Below, piece after piece: positions 36,501-48,500 of a stretch of DNA of 64,000 nt. The translations under genes and the position numbers were made by a program. Below the pieces are notes generated by a model. The model had not been told where the DNA came from. It searched no databases and worked only from the letters and a program-made list of their open reading frames with translations. Each line of letters begins with the position of its first letter. Positions within the stretch are counted from its first letter, which is position 1. The stretch is from Lingula anatina (lineage: Eukaryota > Animalia > Brachiopoda): assembly GCA_051362555.1 (NCBI GenBank), contig JBPQGU010000016.1, positions 2,418,001 through 2,482,000 of the forward strand, in the 5' to 3' direction.

Positions 36501-39500
36501 TTTTCTTCAATTTTGGCCAGGTAGGGATGAAAAATTTTTTTCTTCAATATTGTGTCAGGTAGGTGTGTTTGGTCATTTGTAGTGAGGGTAAAGTGCTGGA
36601 AGAGTGATTGTGTCATTATTTAGGAAGAAATAGAGCAAAAACTCTCTCCACCCCCCCTCTCTCCAAATCCTGTTCTCAGGTGTGCTTTCTGGCAATCTTT
36701 AAAGCTGAAATTGGGGGCTTTAATGAAGTGACCCGGGTGCGTTTCCACATTTTTTATGAATGTCAGGTGTGGTAAATTAATTTTCATCACTTTTTGGAAA
36801 AATTGGTGACGGGTCATTTTTGGGTGATTTTGAGAGATTTTCGTAAGGTCCGGATATGGCAGTTTTCTTTAATTTTGGCCAGGTAGGGATGAAAAATTTT
36901 TTTCTTCAATATTGTGTCAGGTAGGTGTGTTTGGTCATTTGTAGTGAGGGTAAAGTGCTGGAAGAGTGATTGTGTCATTATTTAGGAAGAAATAGAGCAA
37001 AAACTCTCTCCACCCCCCCTCTCTCCAAATCCTGTTCTCAGGTGTGCTTTCTGGCAATCTTTAAAGCTGAAATTGGGGGCTTTAATGAAGTGACCCGGGC
37101 GCGTTTCCACATTTTTTATGAATGTCAGGTGTGGTAAATTAATTTTCATCACTTTTTGGAAAAATAGGTGACGGGTCATTTTTGGGTGATTTTGAGAGAT
37201 TTTCGTAAGGTTCGGATTTGGCAGTTTTCTTCAATTTTGGCCAGGTAGGGATGAAAAATTTTTTTCTTCAATATTGTGTCAGGTAGGTGTGTTTGGTAAT
37301 TTGTAGTGAGGGTAAAGTGCTGGAAGAGTGATTGTGTCATTATTTAGGAAGAAATAGAGCAAAAACTCTCTCCACCCCCCCTCTCTCCAAATCCTGTTCT
37401 CAGGTGTGCTTTCTGGCAATCTTTAAAGCTGAAATTGGGGGCTTTAATGAAGTGACCCGGGCGCGTTTCCACATTTTTTATGAATGTCAGGTGTGGTAAA
37501 TTAATTTTCATCACTTTTTGGAAAAATTGGTGACGGGTCATTTTTGGGTGATTTTGAGAGATTTTCGTAAGGTCCGGATATGGCAGTTTTCTTCAATTTT
37601 GGCCAGGTAGGGATGAAAAATTTTTTTCTTCAATATTGTGTCAGGTAGGTGTGTTTGGTCATTTGTAGTGAGGGTAAAGTGCTGGAAGAGTGATTGTGTC
37701 ATTATTTAGGAAGAAATAGAGCAAAAACTCTCTCCACCCCCCCCTCTCTCCAAATCCTGTTCTCAGGTGTGCTTTCTGGCAATCTTTAAAGCTGAAATTG
37801 GGGGCTTTAATGAAGTGACCCGGGCGCGTTTCCACATTTTTTATGAATGTCAGGTGTGGTAAATTAATTTTCATCACTTTTTGGAAAAATTGGTGACGGG
37901 TCATTTTTGGGTGATTTTGAGAGATTTTCGTAAGGTCCGGATATGGCAGTTTTCTTCAATTTTGGCCAGGTAGGGATGAAAAATTTTTTTCTTCAATATT
38001 GTGTCAGGTAGGTGTGTTTGGTCATTTGTAGTGAGGGTAAAGTGCTGGAAGAGTGATTGTGTCATTATTTAGGAAGAAATAGAGCAAAAACTCTCTCCAC
38101 CCCCCCTCTCTCCAAATCCTGTTCTCAGGTGTGCTTTCTGGCAATCTTTAAAGCTGAAATTGGGGGCTTTAATGAAGTGACCCGGGCGCGTTTCCACATT
38201 TTTTATGAATGTCAGGTGTGGTAAATTAATTTTCATCACTTTTTGGAAAAATTGGTGACGGGTCATTTTTGGGTGATTTTGAGAGATTTTCGTAAGGTCC
38301 GGATATGGCAGTTTTCTTCAATTTTGGCCAGGTAGGGATGAAAAATTTTTTTCTTCAATATTGTGTCAGGTAGGTGTGTTTGGTCATTTGTAGTGAGGGT
38401 AAAGTGCTGGAAGAGTGATTGTTTCATTATTTAGGAAGAAATAGAGCAAAAACTCTCTCCACCCCCCCTCTCTCCAAATCCTGTTCTCAGGTGTGCTTTC
38501 TGGCAATCTTTAAAGCTGAAATTGGGGGCTTTAATGAAGTGACCCGGGCGCGTTTCCACATTTTTTATGAATGTCAGGTGTGGTAAATTAATTTTCATCA
38601 CTTTTTGGAAAAATTGGTGACGGGTCATTTTTGGGTGATTTTGAGAGATTTTCGTAAGGTCCGGATATGGCAGTTTTCTTCAATTTTGGCCAGGTAGGGA
38701 TGAAAAATTTTTTTCTTCAATATTGTGTCAGGTAGGTGTGTTTGGTAATTTGTAGTGAGGGTAAAGTGCTGGAAGAGTGATTGTGTCATTATTTAGGAAG
38801 AAATAGAGCAAAAACTCTCCACCCCCCCCTCTCTCCAAATCCTGTTCTCAGGTGTGCTTTCTGGCAATCTTTAAAGCTGAAATTGGGGGCTTTAATGAAG
38901 TGACCCGGGCGCGTTTCCACATTTTTTTTTGAATGTCAGGTGTGGTAAATTAATTTTCATCACTTTTTGGAAAAATTGGTGACGGGTCATTTTTGGGTGA
39001 TTTTGAGAGATTTTCGTAAGGTCCGGATATGGCAGTTTTCTTCAATTTTGGCCAGGTAGGGATGAAAAATTTTTTTCTTCAATATTGTGTCAGGTAGGTG
39101 TGTTTGGTCATTTGTAGTGAGGGTAAAGTGCTGGAAGAGTGATTGTGTCATTATTTAGGAAGAAATAGAGCAAAAACTCTCTCCATCCCCCCCTCTCTCC
39201 AAATCCTGTTCTCAGGTGTGCTTTCTGGCAATCTTTAAAGCTGAAATTGGGGGCTTTAATGAAGTGACCCGGGCGCGTTTCCACATTTTTTATGAATGTC
39301 AGGTGTGGTAAATTAATTTTCATCACTTTTTGGAAAAATTGGTGACGGGTCATTTTTGGGTGATTTTGAGAGATTTTCGTAAGGTCCGGATATGGCAGTT
39401 TTCTTCAATTTTGGCCAGGTAGGGATGAAAAATTTTTTTCTTCAATATTGTGTCAGGTAGGTGTGTTTGGTCATTTGTAGTGAGGGTAAAGTGCTGGAAG

Positions 39501-42500
39501 AGTGATTGTGTCATTATTTAGGAAGAAATAGAGCAAAAACTCTCTCCACCCCCCCCTCTCTCCAAATCCTGTTCTCAGGTGTGCTTTCTGGCAATCTTTA
39601 AAGCTGAAATTGGGGGCTTTAATGAAGTGACCCGGGCGCGTTTCCACATTTTTTATGAATGTCAGGTGTGGTAAATTAATTTTCATCACTTTTTGGAAAA
39701 ATTGGTGACGGGTCATTTTTGGGTGATTTTGAGAGATTTTCGTAAGGTCCGGATATGGCAGTTTTCTTCAATTTTGGCCAGGTAGGGATGAAAAATTTTT
39801 TTCTTCAATATTGTGTCAGGTAGGTGTGTTTGGTCATTTGTAGTGAGGGTAAAGTGCTGGAAGAGTGATTGTGTCATTATTTAGGAAGAAATAGAGCAAA
39901 AACTCTCTCCACCCCCCCTCTCTCCAAATCCTGTTCTCAGGTGTGCTTTCTGGCAATCTTTAAAGCTGAAATTGGGGGCTTTAATGAAGTGACCCGGGCG
40001 CGTTTCCACATTTTTTATGAATGTCAGGTGTGGTAAATTAATTTTCATCACTTTTTGGAAAAATTGGTGACGGGTCATTTTTGGGTGATTTTGAGAGATT
40101 TTCGTAAGGTCCGGATATGGCAGTTTTCTTCAATTTTGGCCAGGTAGGGATGAAAAATTTTTTTCTTCAATATTGTGTCAGGTAGGTGTGTTTGGTCATT
40201 TGTAGTGAGGGTAAAGTGCTGGAAGAGTGATTGTGTCATTATTTAGGAAGAAATAGAGCAAAAACTCTCTCCACCCCCCCTCTCTCCAAATCCTGTTCTC
40301 AGGTGTGCTTTCTGGCAATCTTTAAAGCTGAAATTGGGGGCTTTAATGAAGTGACCCGGGCGCGTTTCCATATTTTTTATGAATGTCAGGTGTGGTAAAT
40401 TAATTTTCATCACTTTTTGGAAAAATTGGTGACGGGTCATTTTTGGGTGATTTTGAGAGATTTTCGTAAGGTCCGGATATGGCAGTTTTCTTCAATTTTG
40501 GCCAGGTAGGGATGAAAAATTTTTTTCTTCAATATTGTGTCAGGTAGGTGTGTTTGGTCATTTGTAGTGAGGGTAAAGTGCTGGAAGAGTGATTGTGTCA
40601 TTATTTAGGAAGAAATAGAGCAAAAACTCTCTCCACCCCCCCTCTCTCCAAATCCTGTTCTCAGGTGTGCTTTCTGGCAATCTTTAAAGCTGAAATTGGG
40701 GGCTTTAATGAAGTGACCCGGGCGCGTTTCCACATTTTTTATGAATGTCAGGTTTGGTAAATTAATTTTCATCACTTTTTGGAAAAATTGGTGACGGGTC
40801 ATTTTTGGGTGATTTTGAGAGATTTTCGTAAGGTCCAGATATGGCAGTTTTCTTCAATTTTGGCCAGGTAGGGATGAAAAATTTTTTTCTTCAATATTGT
40901 GTCAGGTAGGTGTGTTTGGTCATTTGTAGTGAGGGTAAAGTGCTGGAAGAGTGATTGTGTCATTATTTAGGAAGAAATAGAGCAAAAACTCTCTCCACCC
41001 CCCCTCTCTCCAAATCCTGTTCTCAGGTGTGCTTTCTGGCAATCTTTAAAGCTGAAATTGGGGGCTTTAATGAAGTGACCCGGGCGCGTTTCCACATTTT
41101 TTATGAATGTCAGGTGTGGTAAATTAATTTTCATCACTTTTTGGAAAAATTGGTGACGGGTCATTTTTGGGTGATTTTGAGAGATTTTCGTAAGGTCCGA
41201 TTATGGCAGTTTTCTTCAATTTTGGCCAGGTAGGGATGAAAAATTTTTTTCTTCAATATTGTGTCAGGTAGGTGTGTTTGGTCATTTGTAGTGAGGGTAA
41301 AGTGCTGGAAGAGTGATTGTGTCATTATTTAGGAAGAAATAGAGCAAAAACTCTCTCCACCCCCCCTCTCTCCAAATCCTGTTCTCAGGTGTGCTTTCTG
41401 GCAATCTTTAAAGCTGAAATTGGGGGCTTTAATGAAGTGACCCGGGCGCGTTTCCACATTTTTTATGAATGTCAGGTGTGGTAAATTAATTTTCATCACT
41501 TTTTGGAAAAATTGGTGACGGGTCATTTTTGGGTGATTTTGAGAGATTTTCGTAAGGTCCGGATATGGCAGTTTTCTTCAATTTTGGCCAGGTAGGGATG
41601 AAAAATTTTTTTTCTTCAATATTGTGTCAGGTAGGTGTGTTTGGTCATTTGTAGTGAGGGTAAAGTGCTGGAAGAGTGATTGTGTCATTATTTAGGAAGA
41701 AATAGAGCAAAAACTCTCTCCACCCCCCCTCTCTCCAAATCCTGTTCTCAGGTGTGCTTTCTGGCAATCTTTAAAGCTGAAATTGGGGGCTTTAATGAAG
41801 TGACCCGGGCGCGTTTCCACATTTTTTATGAATGTCAGGTGTGGTAAATTAATTTTCATCACTTTTTGGAAAAATTGGTGACGGGTCATTTTTGGGTGAT
41901 TTTGAGAGATTTTCGTAAGGTCCGGATATGGCAGTTTTCTTCAATTTTGGCCAGGTAGGGATGAAAAATTTTTTTCTTCAATATTGTGTCAGGTAGGTGT
42001 GTTTGGTCATTTGTAGTGAGGGTAAAGTGCTGGAAGAGTGATTGTGTCATTATTTAGGAAGAAATAGAGCAAAAACTCTCTCCACCCCCCCTCTCTCCAA
42101 ATCCTGTTCTCAGGTGTGCTTTCTGGCAATCTTTAAAGCTGAAATTGGGGGCTTTAATGAAGTGACCCGGGCGCGTTTCCACATTTTTGATGAATGTCAG
42201 GTGTGGTAAATTAATTTTCATCACTTTTTGGAAAAATTGGTGACGGGTCATTTTTGGGTGATTTTGAGAGATTTTCGTAAGGTCCGGATATGGCAGTTTT
42301 CTTCAATTTTGGCCAGGTAGGGATGAAAAATTTTTTTCTTCAATATTGTGTCAGGTAGGTGTGTTTGGTCATTTGTAGTGAGGGTAAAGTGCTGGAAGAG
42401 TGATTGTGTCATTATTTAGGAAGAAATAGAGCAAAAACTCTCTCCACCCCCCCTCTCTCCAAATCCTGTTCTCAGGTGTGCTTTCTGGCAATCTTTAAAG

Positions 42501-45500
42501 CTGAAATTGGGGGCTTTAATGAAGTGACCCGGGCGCGTTTCCACATTTTTTATGAATGTCAGGTGTGGTAAATTAATTTTCATCACTTTTTGGAAAAATT
42601 GGTGACGGGTCATTTTTGGGTGATTTTGAGAGATTTTCGTAAGGTCCGATTATGGCAGTTTTCTTCAATTTTGGCCAGGTAGGGATGAAAAATTTTTTTC
42701 TTCAATATTGTGTCAGGTAGGTGTGTTTGGTCATTTGTAGTGAGGGTAAAGTGCTGGAAGAGTGATTGTGTCATTATTTAGGAAGAAATAGAGCAAAAAC
42801 TCTCTCCACCCCCCCTCTCTCCAAATCCTGTTCTCAGGTGTGCTTTCTGGCAATCTTTAAAGCTGAAATTGGGGGCTTTAATGAAGTGACCCGGGCGCGT
42901 TTCCACATTTTTTATGAATGTCAGGTGTGGTAAATTAATTTTCATCACTTTTTGGAAAAATTGGTGACGGGTCATTTTTGGGTGATTTTGAGAGATTTTC
43001 GTAAGGTCCGGATATGGCAGTTTTCTTCAATTTTGGCCAGGTAGGGATGAAAATTTTTTTTTTTAAATATTGTGTCAGGTAGGTGTGTTTGGTCATTTGT
43101 AGTGAGGGTAAAGTGCTGGAAGAGTGATTGTGTCATTATTTAGGAAGAAATAGAGCAAAAACTCTCTCCACCCCCCCTCTCTCCAAATCCTGTTCTCAGG
43201 TGTGCTTTCTGGCAATCTTTAAAGCTGAAATTGGGGGCTTTAATGAAGTGACCCGGGCGCGTTTCCACATTTTTTATGAATGTCAGGTGTGGTAAATTAA
43301 TTTTCATCACTTTTTGGAAAAATTGGTGACGGGTCATTTTTGGGTGATTTTGAGAGATTTTCGTAAGGTCCGGATATGGCAGTTTTCTTCAATTTTGGCC
43401 AGGTAGGGATGAAAAATTTTTTTCTTCAATATTGTGTCAGGTAGGTGTGTTTGGTCATTTGTAGTGAGGGTAAAGTGCTGGAAGAGTGATTGTGTCATTA
43501 TTTAGGAAGAAATAGAGCAAAAACTCTCTCCACCCCCCCCTCTCTCCAAATCCTGTTCTCAGGTGTGCTTTCTGGCAATCTTTAAAGCTGAAATTGGGGG
43601 CTTTAATGAAGTGACCCGGGCGCGTTTCCACATTTTTTATGAATGTCAGGTGTGGTAAATTAATTTTCATCACTTTTTGGAAAAATTGGTGACGGGTCAT
43701 TTTTGGGTGATTTTGAGAGATTTTCGTAAGGTCCGGATATGGCAGTTTTCTTCAATTTTGGCCAGGTAGGGATGAAAAATTTTTTTCTTCAATATTGTGT
43801 CAGGTAGGTGTGTTTGGTCATTTGTAGTGAGGGTAAAGTGCTGGAAGAGTGATTGTGTCATTATTTAGGAAGAAATAGAGCAAAAACTCTTTCCACCCCC
43901 CCTCTCTCCAAATCCTGTTCTCAGGTGTGCTTTCTGGCAATCTTTAAAGCTGAAATTGGGGGCTTTAATGAAGTGACCCGGGCGCGTTTCCACATTTTTT
44001 ATGAATGTCAGGTGTGGTAAATTAATTTTCATCACTTTTTGGAAAAATTGGTGACGGGTCATTTTTGGGTGATTTTGAGAGATTTTCGTAAGGTCCGGAT
44101 ATGGCAGTTTTCTTCAATTTTGGCCAGGTAGGGATGAAAAATTTTTTTCTTCAATATTGTGTCAGGTAGGTGTGTTTGGTCATTTGTAGTGAGGGTAAAG
44201 TGCTGGAAGAGTGATTGTGTCATTATTTAGGAAGAAATAGAGCAAAAACTCTCTCCACCCCCCCTCTCTCCAAATCCTGTTCTCAGGTGTGCTTTCTGGC
44301 AATCTTTAAAGCTGAAATTGGGGGCTTTAATGAAGTGACCCGGGCGCGTTTCCACATTTTTGATGAATGTCAGGTGTGGTAAATTAATTTTCATCACTTT
44401 TTGGAAAAATTGGTGACGGGTCATTTTTGGGTGATTTTGAGAGATTTTCGTAAGGTCCGGATATGGCAGTTTTCTTCAATTTTGGCCAGGTAGGGATGAA
44501 AAATTTTTTTCTTCAATATTGTGTCAGGTAGGTGTGTTTGGTCATTTGTAGTGAGGGTAAAGTGCTGGAAGAGTGATTGTGTCATTATTTAGGAAGAAAT
44601 AGAGCAAAAACTCTCTCCACCCCCCCTCTCTCCAAATCCTGTTCTCAGGTGTGCTTTCTGGCAATCTTTAAAGCTGAAATTGGGGGCTTTAATGAAGTGA
44701 CCCGGGCGCGTTTCCACATTTTTTATGAATGTCAGGTGTGGTAAATTAATTTTCATCACTTTTTGGAAAAATTGGTGACGGGTCATTTTTGGGTGATTTT
44801 GAGAGATTTTCGTAAGGTCCGATTATGGCAGTTTTCTTCAATTTTGGCCAGGTAGGGATGAAAAATTTTTTTCTTCAATATTGTGTCAGGTAGGTGTGTT
44901 TGGTCATTTGTAGTGAGGGTAAAGTGCTGGAAGAGTGATTGTGTCATTATTTAGGAAGAAATAGAGCAAAAACTCTCTCCACCCCCCCTCTCTCCAAATC
45001 CTGTTCTCAGGTGTGCTTTCTGGCAATCTTTAAAGCTGAAATTGGGGGCTTTAATGAAGTGACCCGGGCGCGTTTCCACATTTTTTATGAATGTCAGGTG
45101 TGGTAAATTAATTTTCATCACTTTTTGGAAAAATTGGTGACGGGTCATTTTTGGGTGATTTTGAGAGATTTTCGTAAGGTCCGGATATGGCAGTTTTCTT
45201 CAATTTTGGCCAGGTAGGGATGAAAATTTTTTTTTTTAAATATTGTGTCAGGTAGGTGTGTTTGGTCATTTGTAGTGAGGGTAAAGTGCTGGAAGAGTGA
45301 TTGTGTCATTATTTAGGAAGAAATAGAGCAAAAACTCTCTCCACCCCCCCTCTCTCCAAATCCTGTTCTCAGGTGTGCTTTCTGGCAATCTTTAAAGCTG
45401 AAATTGGGGGCTTTAATGAAGTGACCCGGGCGCGTTTCCACATTTTTTATGAATGTCAGGTGTGGTAAATTAATTTTCATCACTTTTTGGAAAAATTGGT

Positions 45501-48500
45501 GACGGGTCATTTTTGGGTGATTTTGAGAGATTTTCGTAAGGTCCGGATATGGCAGTTTTCTTCAATTTTGGCCAGGTAGGGATGAAAAATTTTTTTCTTC
45601 AATATTGTGTCAGGTAGGTGTGTTTGGTCATTTGTAGTGAGGGTAAAGTGCTGGAAGAGTGATTGTGTCATTATTTAGGAAGAAATAGAGCAAAAACTCT
45701 CTCCACCCCCCCCTCTCTCCAAATCCTGTTCTCAGGTGTGCTTTCTGGCAATCTTTAAAGCTGAAATTGGGGGCTTTAATGAAGTGACCCGGGCGCGTTT
45801 CCACATTTTTTATGAATGTCAGGTGTGGTAAATTAATTTTCATCACTTTTTGGAAAAATTGGTGACGGGTCATTTTTGGGTGATTTTGAGAGATTTTCGT
45901 AAGGTCCGGATATGGCAGTTTTCTTCAATTTTGGCCAGGTAGGGATGAAAAATTTTTTTCTTCAATATTGTGTCAGGTAGGTGTGTTTGGTCATTTGTAG
46001 TGAGGGTAAAGTGCTGGAAGAGTGATTGTGTCATTATTTAGGAAGAAATAGAGCAAAAACTCTTTCCACCCCCCCTCTCTCCAAATCCTGTTCTCAGGTG
46101 TGCTTTCTGGCAATCTTTAAAGCTGAAATTGGGGGCTTTAATGAAGTGACCCGGGTGCGTTTCCACATTTTTTATGAATGTCAGGTGTGGTAAATTAATT
46201 TTCATCACTTTTTGGAAAAATTGGTGACGGGTCATTTTTGGGTGATTTTGAGAGATTTTCGTAAGGTCCGGATATGGCAGTTTTCTTCAATTTTGGCCAG
46301 GTAGGGATGAAAAATTTTTTTCTTCAATATTGTGTCAGGTAGGTGTGTTTGGTCATTTGTAGTGAGGGTAAAGTGCTGGAAGAGTGATTGTGTCATTATT
46401 TAGGAAGAAATAGAGCAAAAACTCTCTCCACCACCCCTCTCTTGAAATCCTGTTCTCAGGTGTGCTTTCTGGCAATCTTTAAAGCTGAAATTGGGGGCTT
46501 TAATGAAGTGACCCGGGCGCGTTTCCACATTTTTTATGAATGTCAGGTGTGGTAAATTAATTTTCATCACTTTTTGGAAAAATTGGTGACGGGTCATTTT
46601 TGGGTGATTTTGAGAGATTTTCGTAAGGTCCGGATATGGCAGTTTTCTTCAATTTTGGCCAGGTAGGGATGAAAAATTTTTTTCTTCAATATTGTGTCAG
46701 GTAGGTGTGTTTGGTCATTTGTAGTGAGGGTAAAGTGCTGGAAGAGTGATTGTGTCATTATTTAGGAAGAAATAGAGCAAAAACTCTCTCCACCCCCCCT
46801 CTCTCCAAATCCTGTTCTCAGGTGTGCTTTCTGGCAATCTTTAAAGCTGAAATTGGGGGCTTTAATGAAGTGACCCGGGCGCGTTTCCACATTTTTTATG
46901 AATGTCAGGTGTGGTAAATTAATTTTCATCACTTTTTGGAAAAATTGGTGACGGGTCATTTTTGGGTGATTTTGAGAGATTTTCGTAAGGTCCGGATATG
47001 GCAGTTTTCTTCAATTTTGGCCAGGTAGGGATGAAAAATTTTTTTCTTCAATATTGTGTCAGGTAGGTGTGTTTGGTCATTTGTAGTGAGGGTAAAGTGC
47101 TGGAAGAGTGATTGTGTCATTATTTAGGAAGAAATGGAGCAAAAACTCTCTCCACCCCCCCCTCTCTCCAAATCCTGTTCTCAGGTGTGCTTTCTGGCAA
47201 TCTTTAAAGCTGAAATTAGGGGCTTTAATGAAGTGACCCGGGCGCGTTTCCACATTTTTTATGAATGTCAGGTGTGGTAAATTAATTTTCATCACTTTTT
47301 GGAAAAATTGGTGACGGGTCATTTTTGGGTGATTTTGAGAGATTTTCGTAAGGTCCGGATATGGCAGTTTTCTTCAATTTTGGCCAGGTAGGGATGAAAA
47401 ATTTTTTTCTTCAATATTGTGTCAGGTAGGTGTGTTTGGTCATTTGTAGTGAGGGTAAAGTGCTGGAAGAGTGATTGTGTCATTATTTAGGAAGAAATAG
47501 AGCAAAAACTCTTTCCACCCCCCCTCTCTCCAAATCCTGTTCTCAGGTGTGCTTTCTGGCAATCTTTAAAGCTGAAATTGGGGGCTTTAATGAAGTGACC
47601 CGGGCGCGTTTCCACATTTTTTATGAATGTCAGGTGTGGTAAATTAATTTTCATCACTTTTTGGAAAAATTGGTGACGGGTCATTTTTGGGTGATTTTGA
47701 GAGATTTTCGTAAGGTCCGGATATGGCAGTTTTCTTCAATTTTGGCCAGGTAGGGATGAAAAATTTTTTTCTTCAATATTGTGTCAGGTAGGTGTGTTTG
47801 GTCATTTGTAGTGAGGGTAAAGTGCTGGAAGAGTGATTGTGTCATTATTTAGGAAGAAATAGAGCAAAAACTCTCTCCACCACCCCTCTCTCGAAATCCT
47901 GTTCTCAGGTGTGCTTTCTGGCAATCTTTAAAGCTGAAATTGGGGGCTTTAATGAAGTGACCCGGGCGCGTTTCCACATTTTTTATGAATGTCAGGTGTG
48001 GTAAATTAATTTTCATCACTTTTTGGAAAAATTGGTGACGGGTCATTTTTGGGTGATTTTGAGAGATTTTCGTAAGGTCCGGATATGGCAGTTTTCTTCA
48101 ATTTTGGCCAGGTAGGGATGAAAAATTTTTTTCTTCAATATTGTGTCAGGTAGGTGTGTTTGGTCATTTGTAGTGAGGGTAAAGTGCTGGAAGAGTGATT
48201 GTGTCATTATTTAGGAAGAAATAGAGCAAAAACTCTCTCCACCCCCCCTCTCTCCAAATCCTGTTCTCAGGTGTGCTTTCTGGCAATCTTTAAAGCTGAA
48301 ATTGGGGGCTTTAATGAAGTGACCCGGGCACGTTTCCACATTTTTTATGAATGTCAGGTGTGGTAAATTAATTTTCATCACTTTTTGGAAAAATTGGTGA
48401 CGGGTCATTTTTGGGTGATTTTGAGAGATTTTCGTAAGGTCCGGATATGGCAGTTTTCTTCAATTTTGGCCAGGTAGGGATGAAAAATTTTTTTCTTCAA

